Below are positions 22,115 through 32,171 of a stretch of DNA of 64,000 bases, piece after piece. This DNA comes from Basidiobolus meristosporus CBS 931.73. Its lineage: Eukaryota > Fungi > Basidiobolomycota. Within the stretch, counting starts at the first letter, position 1. Every line of letters starts with the position of its first letter. Made by a program: the position numbers and the translations under genes. The notes beneath the pieces are model-generated. The model saw nothing but the letters and a program-made list of their open reading frames with translations. It searched no databases and was not told where the DNA came from. The DNA lies in NCBI GenBank assembly GCA_002104905.1, contig MCFE01000050.1:1-64000 (forward strand). Reading direction: 5' to 3'.

Positions 22115-23770
22115 ATGGACAACAACCATTTCGATGAGAAGCAATTAGATGATGTAGCCATGGAGGATGTGGAAAAAGTGGTCATTCCAAAGGCGACTTT
22201 GGACCTTTCACCCACAAGCACAATCATAGATGTTCCCGTCAAGCGGGGGAAAACTCTTCGCAAGAAGAAGAATGAAGCAAAAAAAATGGTCAAGAACATG
22301 TCGGATTATCAGTCCCAGAGCACAGGTGGCATTTTGTCCCAGCTGCTTAGACTGTCACAGGGCTCTCGCCCGAAGAGATCTCGCAAATCCTTCGAGCGAA
22401 GAGTCAACTCCTCGGCTAGCTTGACGACATTGGTCCAGAGCTCGAACGCATTGTTTGGCTCTCAGTCCAAAAGAAGTAGTTATTATGAGGATGGGGCCAC
22501 AAGCCCTTTCAGTCTTGAGGAAAAGCTACAGATCACTGGAAACATTGCCAACATCTTACTGAAGCAAGAATATTTGCTGTTGTTGTCCCAGTCCATGGTC
22601 AAGTTTGGCTCTCCTGCTCACCGACTTGAACGAAACATGGCCCTCAACTCGCAAGCCCTAAAGGTAGACAGCAGCTTCGTCTTCCTCCCTGGGGTCGCGT
22701 TGATCACCTTCGGTGATTCCGATACACATACTAGTGATACTCACATCATCAAAGTAGATCGTGAGTACGACATGGGCAAGTTGGAAAGAATTTACGAGAT
22801 CTCACGTTGCGTAGTGCACGGGGAGGTGGATCTTGAGGATGCCTTTGAACAATTAGAGGAGATCATGGCTGAACCTCCCACCTGGCCGTGGTGGGTCCAC
22901 ATACTCAACTACGGCGCTTGCTCCTTCTTTGTGGCCCCCCTTTGCTTCAACGGCAGCTGGATTGACGCTCTTGTGAGTGGAGCCATTGGTCTATGCATTG
23001 GTGCGTTGAGTGTTCTTTCAGCCAAAGTGTTCAACTACGCAAATGTATTTGAAATCTCTGCCGCTGTTATCACGGCTTTTGTAGCCACTGCTCTTCACAA
23101 GTACATATGCTATACCTCCGTGATCATGTCAGCGATAGTTCTTCTACTGCCCGGGCTTTCGTTCACCACGTCTGTGATCGAGTTGGCCTCAAAGAACATC
23201 ATCTCTGGAGTGATCCGGATCATCTTCTCTCTGGTGGTGTCGTTCATGCTTGGATTTGGCCTCAACCTCGGATCCAATCTCTGGAAAGTCATTGAGAGCG
23301 GAGCATCGCTGAACAACACCTGTTCAAGTGTCAGCTACTATTGGTACTTCTTACTGTGCCCACCTCTTGCCATCACATACTCGATTTATCTGAATGCATC
23401 ATGGCGACAATGGTTTCCCATGATAATCCTGAGCATTATTGGATTCACCGTGTCTTTCTTCACCAACAAAGTGCTCGACGTCTCCACCTCCTCAGCCATC
23501 TCGACCTTCGTCATCGCTTTGCTTGGTAATCTCTACTCCCGCATCACTCATAGATTTGGGTACGCCTCAGTACTTGGCGCCACCATCATGCTTGTTCCGG
23601 GAAGTCTGGGAGTGCGCGGCATCATGGATGTCTTTGAGCATAGCTCGCAAGGTTTTGGCCTCGCATTTCAGATGATTGTCATCTCCATGAGCATGGCAGT
23701 TGGATTGTTTATCGGAACCCTACTGGTTTATCCTATGGAGAAGAAAAGAACTTCCATGATGATGTTCTAA
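22115..23770 (+). CDS. PRM10: PRM10-like / ThrE (DUF1212 + DUF3815) membrane exporter, copy A
   Basis: Intronless. FGSPAHRLE, FVFLPGVALITFGD, DMGKLERIYEI, about 10 TM segments, LLPGL and MLVPGSLGV motifs. First ATG at 22115. Confidence 0.85.
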   Translation: MDNNHFDEKQLDDVAMEDVEKVVIPKATLDLSPTSTIIDVPVKRGKTLRKKKNEAKKMVKNMSDYQSQSTGGILSQLLRLSQGSRPKRSRKSFERRVNSSASLTTLVQSSNALFGSQSKRSSYYEDGATSPFSLEEKLQITGNIANILLKQEYLLLLSQSMVKFGSPAHRLERNMALNSQALKVDSSFVFLPGVALITFGDSDTHTSDTHIIKVDREYDMGKLERIYEISRCVVHGEVDLEDAFEQLEEIMAEPPTWPWWVHILNYGACSFFVAPLCFNGSWIDALVSGAIGLCIGALSVLSAKVFNYANVFEISAAVITAFVATALHKYICYTSVIMSAIVLLLPGLSFTTSVIELASKNIISGVIRIIFSLVVSFMLGFGLNLGSNLWKVIESGASLNNTCSSVSYYWYFLLCPPLAITYSIYLNASWRQWFPMIILSIIGFTVSFFTNKVLDVSTSSAISTFVIALLGNLYSRITHRFGYASVLGATIMLVPGSLGVRGIMDVFEHSSQGFGLAFQMIVISMSMAVGLFIGTLLVYPMEKKRTSMMMF

Positions 23771-23876
23771 GCTCCATCGTGATCCGTGGATCTCTCGAAC
23801 CCAACCGCAATACCATCAATTCATTGTAATATAATATGCACAAGCCTAGATAGTGACAAATACTCCCCCATCCCTT

Positions 23877-23924
23877 GCCATTAGATATGCCATTAGATAT
23901 GCCATTAGATATACCATTAGAAAC
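23877..23924. repeat. 12-bp tandem repeat (GCCATTAGATAT) x4
   Basis: Three exact copies and one degenerate copy in the spacer between the convergent PRM10 genes. Confidence 0.85.
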
Positions 23925-24204
23925 ATAGAGTACTAAACCACCGTAATAAACTCGTGTACAGTTTTACCGAAATCCAAGAAGATAATCCCGAGGAAACTAG
24001 CTATGGAGTCACGTGCGAGGGTCGAACATTCTCCGAAGCGAACCAAATTCGGCAATGAGCCAGATTGGGACAATCAGGAATATCCGAACCAGGCACATAG
24101 TTGAGGAGACACGTTTATTGTACAAAGATAACAATATAATAATTTACATTTGATATGAGGATCTATGTGGTTTTGATTTACAAAAGGCTCGGATAATCAT
24201 GATA

Positions 24205-25953
24205 TTAGAACATCATCATGGACGTTCTCTTCTTTCCCATAGGGTATATGATCAAGGATCCAATGAAAAGCCCAACCGCTAGACTCATCGCGATGACGAT
24301 CATTTGGAACGGAAGCCCAGTGCCTTGCTGTGAGTCATCTCCCAAGGCGGCTAGGATTCCTTTGACACCCAGACTGCCAGGCACAAGCATGATTGTAGCT
24401 CCAAGCACGGCGACGTACCCGAGGCGATGGGTGATTCTAGAATACAAGTTGCCAACAACTGCGATGGCGAAGGTTGAGATCGCCGACGAGGTAGTGGCAT
24501 CCAACACCTTCGAGGTAAAGTAAGACACTGCGAAACCAATACTGCTCAAAACAATGATAAACGGCCATTGGCGGGGTGCCGCATTCAGGTAGACTGCGTA
24601 AGTGATCGCATTGATAGGACAGAGAAGGATATACCAGTATGGGCTGACGGTGGTACATACTTCGGATGACATTGTCCCCGAGTCGATCGCCTTCCAGACG
24701 TTCGAGCCAAAACTAAGCCCAAATCCAAGCATGAACGACATAACGAGGGCAAAAACCAGTCGGACCACCCCCGAGATCAGGCTTCTAGCCGCCAGCTCGA
24801 TGATGGAAAAGGTTAGGGATAATCCGGGGAGAAGCAGAACGACTGATGACATAACCACGGGCATGTAGCAGATATGGTTATGGAAGGCGGTTGCGACAAA
24901 GGCGGTGACGACAGCGGCGGATATCTCGAACACGTTGGCGTAGTTGAACAGCTTGGTTGAAAGAATGCCGAGAGCACATATGCAAGCGCTCAGAATTCCG
25001 CTGACCAACGCATCGACCCAATTTCCGTTGAACATGAACGGACAAACAACAAACGAGCACACAGCGTAGTTCAGGATTCGAGCCCACCAGGGGTAGAGTG
25101 GCGGCTCGTCCATGAGTAGCTCCAGCTTGTCAAAGGCATCTTCGAGCTCCACCTGGCCGTGGATGATACTACGTGAGATCTCGTATACACGCTCTAGTCT
25201 ATTCATGTCATAATCTCGATCTGCCTTGATGATGTGGGTGTCACTGGTGTGAGTATTCGAATCCCCGAAAGTAATCAAGGCGACACCAGGCAAGAACACG
25301 AATGAACTTTCAATTCGAAGTGCGTGGGAGTTCAGGATCATGTTCTGCTCCAAACGATGCGAAGGGGATCCATAGACAACCATTGCTTGGGAAAGCAGGA
25401 GCAGATAATCCTGCTTCAACAAAATATCGGCAATGTTGGCGGTAATGTTGAGTCGCTCCTCCAGTATGACAGGTGAGGTCAATGGCGAATTGGAGGGAGA
25501 TAATCCGCTGTCATCAAAACTAGTCCGTGCGGACTGTAACCCTAGCAGATTTGTCGAACTTTGTATCAAGGAAGCTAAACTAGATGTCGAATGGACTCTG
25601 CTAGAAGGTCGAAGGTAATCGTTCTTCTCTTTCTCTTTGTGACCACCATGCTGTCTTGAACGTGTCAGGTTCTGCAGCTTCAAAAGTTGCGAGAGAACAC
25701 TGCCACCTGTCTGTGGGGCGTGAACATCGGACACGCTTTTGACCAAATTTTTGGCCTCCTTTCTCTTTCTACGTAGAGTCTTGCTACGCTTTAGTTTGGA
25801 GGTATACTTCTTGTCGCCATCTGGTGGGGAGAGCTCAATGGTAGGGGTTGTCACGGGAGAGTCGCCGTATGGTGGGGAATCAGCGCCGTTTAAAATGTTA
25901 AAGGTGACACTAGCACCCGATGGGTGCTCAATATCAAAGTAACCCTCGGGCAT
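24205..25953 (-). CDS. PRM10: PRM10-like / ThrE membrane exporter, copy B
   Basis: Intronless, 582 aa. Collinear paralog of copy A (YGSPSHRLE, FVFLPGVALITFGD, MLVPGSLGV) with the same C-terminus KKRTSMMMF. Confidence 0.85.
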   Translation of the reverse strand: MPEGYFDIEHPSGASVTFNILNGADSPPYGDSPVTTPTIELSPPDGDKKYTSKLKRSKTLRRKRKEAKNLVKSVSDVHAPQTGGSVLSQLLKLQNLTRSRQHGGHKEKEKNDYLRPSSRVHSTSSLASLIQSSTNLLGLQSARTSFDDSGLSPSNSPLTSPVILEERLNITANIADILLKQDYLLLLSQAMVVYGSPSHRLEQNMILNSHALRIESSFVFLPGVALITFGDSNTHTSDTHIIKADRDYDMNRLERVYEISRSIIHGQVELEDAFDKLELLMDEPPLYPWWARILNYAVCSFVVCPFMFNGNWVDALVSGILSACICALGILSTKLFNYANVFEISAAVVTAFVATAFHNHICYMPVVMSSVVLLLPGLSLTFSIIELAARSLISGVVRLVFALVMSFMLGFGLSFGSNVWKAIDSGTMSSEVCTTVSPYWYILLCPINAITYAVYLNAAPRQWPFIIVLSSIGFAVSYFTSKVLDATTSSAISTFAIAVVGNLYSRITHRLGYVAVLGATIMLVPGSLGVKGILAALGDDSQQGTGLPFQMIVIAMSLAVGLFIGSLIIYPMGKKRTSMMMF

Positions 25954-26243
25954 AATAGAGCTTCAGGGAGTATAAAAAATTGTGGCAGCCATATCTTTGC
26001 GTGGCCATTTTATAGTATCCGAGAGCAACGTGTCCCAAAAATAAGACCGATTGCCAAATATCATTTTCCTCCTTCCATATCCAGCCGTTGGGGTCATAGT
26101 ACTTCCAAAATCGTGGGATTTCTCAAATGTCAAGCGGTGCAACAAACATCTCACTGACTCATCAGCGATTCCACTCAGGAGCAGCATCAAATGACAGCAG
26201 GACAAAAAAGGGTTTTCTAATAGGATCGTTACCATTACAAGCG

Positions 26244-26332
26244 TCGAATAAGGCACTCACAATCAGGAATCTAAAGTACATCTCGAATAAGGCACTCACA
26301 ATCAGGAATCTAAAGTACATTCTCGAATAAGG
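26244..26332. repeat. 39/40-bp tandem repeat, 2 copies plus a partial third
   Basis: TCGAATAAGGCACTCACAATCAGGAATCTAAAGTACAT(T)C starts at 26244 and 26283; TCGAATAAGG recurs at 26323. Confidence 0.9.
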
Positions 26333-27021
26333 AGCTTATTGCGACCCAAATCGATATTGAACTTAACCGCCACGCATCCAATCATGTCCAATAGAAGCCC
26401 AAGGATCCCCGAATAGATCTATCATCCTGACCTATGATTAGATAGCTCGGACGATGGTTGCTAAAAGGACAATAACCCGATCTATCTCCCTTACTTGGTA
26501 ACTCCTAGCAATCAAACGTTAATCAAGCAATCCTGGGCCATGATTTGTCACTGAAGCATTTTGATTTTTTTCTGTAAGTTTGGCTTCTTGATTGGCTGAT
26601 TAGAGTAATAGCATAGTTTGGAGGTTTTTGTCTATAAATATGCCCGAGTTCATCTAGCCTTTTGTAGTTATATTGTTGAACGGGTCAACAGCTAGAAGGC
26701 CTCGATGTCGAGCTTTGGTGTTATGTGTTCAGACGATTGGAGTGGTATTGCAAGTGCTTCATAATATGCATTCAGAAAATTTGCCCTGCCATTTCAGGCG
26801 CAATGATCGATGCATATTAGCATAATATTTCCATATTTTCACTTGGGATTAAGGTTAAGGCAGTCGGAAAAGTCCAACTCTTCTGCCGGTATGTAGTACA
26901 CGTACAAATGCTGATTAATTAACTGATGTCCTTAGACTTGGGGTATGTAGGGAATTCTTTATATGTAGGAATTGGTTTTCACAAATACAGAAATTATGTA
27001 CACAAATAGCTATGTTGCGTG

Positions 27022-29181
27022 CTAGACTTTGACGGTGTATTGGATGGTGCTATTTTTGGTTGTTCGCTTCAGAATAGGCGTGCGACATAAAGGGCAGTTT
27101 TCAACAAGCGCCGCACAGCGAACACACAAACCGCCATGGTCGCATGGATTCAATGTGACGGTGCTCTCGCCATCATAGCATATAGAGCAGGCTTGCTCCA
27201 AGTTCATCTCGTCGGCATCAAGGCCGAGTACGTCCTGCATACTAGGCCGAGAGTACACGCTCTGCAATCTAAGGCTTTCAGGCAACTTTCCTTCCTGGCT
27301 GAAGTTATGATAGAGATGTGCTGGCGGGTATCTGTCAAAGGGGTAAGTATAATGGCAATGTGCAAGTCAAATCAAATGCCTCTTACCTAAAGGATGTCTG
27401 TCCAAAGTTTACCGCCACCTGCTGAAATGAAGTGAGGGAGAGTGCAGGGTAGAAACCACCCTCATCATAGGCATAACGGGTCAATTGCTCCCCTGTAAAT
27501 TCGAATGCGATCCCCAAGTCGATTCCGTTAAGGTAAAAGCGAATAATCCCATATTCCATATCCAAATAGACACCCAGGATGTCGCCTAGAGATGAAATCA
27601 GATGGAAGCCACTGGGCAAAACACTGGGCAAAATCCATCAAATGCCACTTACCCTCTTTCCAGGATCCATTCTTCCCATAGGAGAGTGGGTATCCGGATG
27701 ACTAGTATGAGTCAGTATCAGGCAAGTGGAATTTTAAGGAGTCAGTATCAGCAAGTGAATTTAAGGAGTCAGTATCAGGCAAGTGGAATTTTAAGGAGTC
27801 AGGAGATCACTTACCCAAGCCAGCTTACGACACCCGTCGAAAGCAAATGAATGCTCATCATCGCCTACACCTGATCAACAGAATCCATCAGTTCGAGGCT
27901 CGGTGTGCTCGAGAAAAATCCCAATATTTACCAATTCCGTCGGCCGGGCGAAATAGACTATATTTGGTTGCCCATCCAATTTGCATGATTCCAGCGGTGA
28001 TGAGCTGAACCTCATAGAACCAACAACCTGATATGAATGGTCAGTCTGCATTCCAGTTTGGTTCAGCATGCGTGAAGATTCTACCAACCTTTGGTGACGC
28101 ACATGGTCCCTCGAACAGATTCGAATGCAGTGCTATCATTTCGGGTCTGAAGACGGAGTAATTAGCGTGTTGGCTGTTAATAAGGGTTGCTTGGGTACTT
28201 TACCACCAACCCAGTTGGATTCCACTTTAGTCGAGATGTAGCATCACACCAATTTAGTGTAACGTTTATGTTCTCTAATGCCTCAATCTCAGAGTCTTCT
28301 TTGGATAAGAATAGGGATGGAGATAGGGCTGTTGATACAAAGCCGGTTAGTCCCAAGATTTGGTCGAAAAAGAAAGGCGGATGCGTACAAAAGGAGCATT
28401 TGAGCGCCCAGGGGGCACATATCGCCAATTCAGCAACTTGCCGCCTGTCGTGTGCATTTGGCGAGGTCTCCAGCAATGATCGTATTAGGCTAGTAACGTT
28501 CGATTCCATAATTCTTGCCTTATTCTCACCTAGAGAGTGTGTTGGCACGATTGGGTGGTTTCCATCATATTGTCAAATATGGACGCTTACTGGTCAAGGA
28601 GAAGTTCTCCAGCGCTACTAAGCTCAAATGCTGGATGGCCCATGGGTATTCGGTCTGGAGTCCTTCTAATAGCGTATTAAGCACTTCGTTGGTGAGCATG
28701 GAAGCACTTACTTTCCCTACCGATTTGATAAAACAAATCAGGATCAATCCCAACACAGGGGTTCTGTCAACATACCTGCTAGCCTTTCGGCCAAAACACA
28801 CCATACGATGCAGGAGTTGATTCGATAGCGATTCTTAAGTTTAGGGCGAAATAGGGCCTTTGCATGGATTTTGTGCAGCAGGCAAGTGCTAAGTTTCAGC
28901 ACGGCCTTGACGGAGGGAAGAGCAGCAAGCTCGAGAATATGGCACAGAAAAGCTGAAGACAACGGCTCAGACTCGTCCAAAATCTCTACCATAGTCAGCA
29001 CAATCTGAATGAACTCCGACTCCCTTTGTGACAGGGAAATGAGAATGTCAGAGGCCTCAGACAGCGCCTCTTTCTCGCTGTCGGGGTTCATGCTTTTACA
29101 CGCGGCACGTATTAAACGCGCGTAACGGCCCTTGACGAACCGCTTGAAGATACGGTGGCTTAATATTCTTGGCAACTGCAT
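27022..29181 (-). CDS. RSPRY1: RING finger and SPRY domain protein, RSPRY1-like, multi-exon
   Basis: EPLSSAFL..ILE..ALPS, INSCIVWCVLAERLAG, SLVALENFSLT, RNDSTAFESVRGT, GIMQIGWAT, GVGDDEHSFAFDGCR, DILGVYLDM, FYPALSLTSFQQVAVNFG, and a C-terminal RING CSICYD..PCDHGGLCVRCA..CPLCR. Start codon uncertain. Confidence 0.85.
27709..27802. repeat. 30/27/30-bp tandem repeat inside an RSPRY1 intron (intron 27702-27814)
   Basis: GAGTCAGTATCAGGCAAGTGGAATTTTAAG at 27709 and 27766, a 27-bp variant at 27739 and a partial copy at 27796. Confidence 0.9.
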
Positions 29182-29627
29182 TTCTGGGCAACTGCGATAG
29201 ATTTAAAGAATGGGAGTAATGCTGGAAGAAGAACAAGCAAGGGAACATAGGTTGACCATGATATATCAAGATGATTTTGAGGAGAATTCTCAGAGGAATA
29301 CTGAACGAGGGATGAAATACCTGTAAGACAAGAGTATATTAGTTCAAATCAATATCCGAAAACGTGATCCTACGGGAAAGAAACACAAAGTTGCTACCTA
29401 TTACATCTAAGATTGGCCTGATAGCATGCCACAGAAATCAAGAAAATAATGCCATCTGTGGTTCTACGTGGTGTTGTGTGGTTATATTGGTCGCTTTGTC
29501 TCCTGGTGTAGGGCTAGGGTTCATTAACGCTATGCTTATTATGGCAGTTGATGGTTGATCAAGGCCCAATTATAACTGGGTGTTTCATATTCTAGATCTT
29601 AGGTGGCTTTGAATATCGTGGAGGGCC

Positions 29628-29649
29628 TAGGGTTAGGGTTGGGGTTGGG
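29628..29649 (+). promoter_or_regulatory. Telomere-like G-tract motif in the RSPRY1/PDK divergent intergenic region
   Basis: TAGGGTTAGGGTTGGGGTTGGG has four G-tracts of 3 or more with short loops. Function inferred only. Confidence 0.45.
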
Positions 29650-30013
29650 ACAACACATGTGGGCCATCGGACTTGATTTCGTGAGCTCGGGACCTGAGCT
29701 TGATGTTGGGGTACATGGAATGCTATTTGATAATCATAATCAGCTGTCTATCTCATGATTTTGTTGCGCCGAAGTGTTTATTTTCACAGTAATGCTTATT
29801 TCCATGTTGATGAGTTTGGTTGGGGAATTTGTCTTCATCTGGTCGTCGCCATAATAGAGTGCGAAGGTATTGTCGTCATATCACGTGCCGAGTGCGGTTG
29901 TATCGTGATTCTTCTTCCATTGTGCCTGTGACTCTCATTAATCAAAAGGATTGTGACGAGGCCAGTGTGACGAAACTTTTACCTTTCCTACTCAACTCCA
30001 ACAGCGGAAGAGC

Positions 30014-31935
30014 ATGACCAAGATTCCTGCGAACCTCTATGATAAAATTAAATATTTCGCCACATTTCCTCAAACGGGAGTGTCTCTTAGGCAGATGGTG
30101 AAGTTTGGTTTGTTGGGTTCTCTGGCCACTCGTATTGCTTCAATACTTATATTGTACGCTGTTTATCAGGCCAAAAGCCTTCTCAAGGGACCCTTCTGCG
30201 GGCCAGTCAATTCTTAATGGGTAAGTTCCCACAAAAACCCTTGCTATCTTTCCTAAGCTTATTGCTTACTAACCAACACAGAGGAGCTTCCAATTCGCCT
30301 GGCCCATAGGGTTGTTGAGCTCGAAAATCTTCCCCACGGTCTAAGTCTAATGCCCTCCGTCATTAAAGTCAAGAATTGGTACGCCGAGTCGTTTTCCGTA
30401 AGTTGGGCACAGCCACAAGCCGCTTTATTCGAAGGGGGTATAATTGAGACCATTTTTGCCAGGACTTCACCAATTTCCCCAGGCCAGATTTACCGCGAGA
30501 CGTTAAAGACAAACTTAAGGCTACACTGCGTCCTGTCGAAGACGGGATTGAGCTAATGAATTCCAGCAAGCACGCAAGCTACGAAAACAGCAACAGCTCG
30601 GTTTCGCTGCCTCATAGGTTGTCGCAGTTGCCCAGAGAATACAGGACACGGGCTGTTACTAACTCCAAGCTATACAGGTACTATGCTTCCGTGAAAGATA
30701 TTGAATTCCCAGCTGAAATTGCCGAGTACAACAATGCATTTTGTCGTATGATTGAAGGAGTCAAAAGGAGACACGATCCTGTTGTGACGACAATTGTGAG
30801 CAAGTTAGAAGAATACTTGCTCCTCAACCCAGCCCTAACCACTTTTTGCTTGTTAGGGTATGTAGCATTGTACAGCGTAAGATATCTAATCCTCCGCGCT
30901 AAACCAACTTCTCACAAGCAAACGGGATCTTGGAGTTCAAGCACTCCCGCAACACTGACGATGTGGACCTGGATATACAGTCCTTCTTGGATCGTTTCTA
31001 CATGTCACGTATCGGCATCCGTATGCTAATTGGTAAATAGGGCAGATTCAATCGAATCCAGACCATCCATGACTCACTTGGCCGTCCTCCAGGACAACAC
31101 ATTACTCTCCAAAAAGGTCCACATCACCCCGACCATGTTGGTATCATTTGCACCAAAACCAACCTGGCCGAGGTCACTCAAGAGGCGATAGACAACGCGA
31201 AATTCATCTGTGAGGACTATTACGGGCTTTTCAGAGCGCCGGAGGTGAAGTTGATCTGCAAAGACGACCTGGAGTTCATGTACGTTCCGAGCCATCTGCA
31301 CCATATGCTGTTTGAGCTTTTGAAGAACAGTCTGAGGGCCATAGTCGAGACCTACGGGACAGACCCGGACGACAGCTACCCGCCAATCAAGATCATTGTC
31401 GCCGAGGGGAAGGAGGTGCGTGCATCGTAGGGTGTAGGTTGGTTCATGGGGCTTAGACGTATTTGTAGGACATCACCATCAAAATCTCCGACGAGGGTGG
31501 AGGGATCCCGAGAAGTGGATTGCCGAAAGTTTGGACATACATGTTGGTTGCTTTCGAAGATCCGAGCGTGGTCAAAACCTAACCCATTGTTGCCAGGTAC
31601 ACAACCGCGTCGACTCCGTCGTTGGATCCGGATTTCAATCGAAGTGATTTCAAGGCTCCGCTTGCTGGCTTTGGATATGGGTTGCCGTTGAGTCGCTTGG
31701 TAAGTCTGCTGCTTGTCTCTTGTGAGGGGCTTGTTGTGTGGTAACCGCCTTGGCCATTAGTATTCCAGATACTTCGGAGGAGACCTGAAGATCATCTCTA
31801 TGGAGGGGTAAGTGGTGTTGAGTGCCGCATGGATCACTACCTGAATATCCCCTAAGCGTTGCCTCTACTAGGTACGGTACCGATGCCTATCTGCATCTAT
31901 CTCGACTCAGTGACAGCGAGGAGCCGCTGCCATAG
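30014..31935 (+). CDS. PDK: Mitochondrial pyruvate dehydrogenase kinase (BCKDK/PDK family), multi-exon
   Basis: FPQTGVSLRQMVKF, EELPIRLAHRV, FLDRFYMSRIGIRML, MLFELLKNSLRA, DEGGGIP, LAGFGYGLPLSR, MEGYGTD, ending EEPLP* (TAG 31933-31935). Confidence 0.93.
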
Positions 31936-31967
31936 AACAATCCAAGTAAATAGAGCATACACCAGGA

Positions 31968-31995
31968 TTAGGGTTAGGGTTGGGTTAGGTTAGGG
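31968..31995 (+). promoter_or_regulatory. Telomere-like tract upstream of ZNF277
   Basis: TTAGGGTTAGGGTTGGGTTAGGTTAGGG, about 175 bp before ATG 32172. Confidence 0.45.
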
Positions 31996-32171
31996 CAGCA
32001 ACCCCTTTATTAAATAACCATTAAACAAATTCGGAAATAATCAAAAGAAAAAAAGTTCCATACGAGTCTATGAAAAAAAGGCCAAATTGTTCCCAAGATC
32101 AACATGGATCAAGTTCACTATAATTTGAAGGGTGATCGAGAATTCCTCCTCAATACAAGTTACTGAATACC

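Noticed and set aside
23877-27802. Short direct-repeat arrays (23877, 26244, 27709) as CRISPR-like arrays
   Set aside because: Units are contiguous without unique spacers, the context is eukaryotic, and there are no cas genes.
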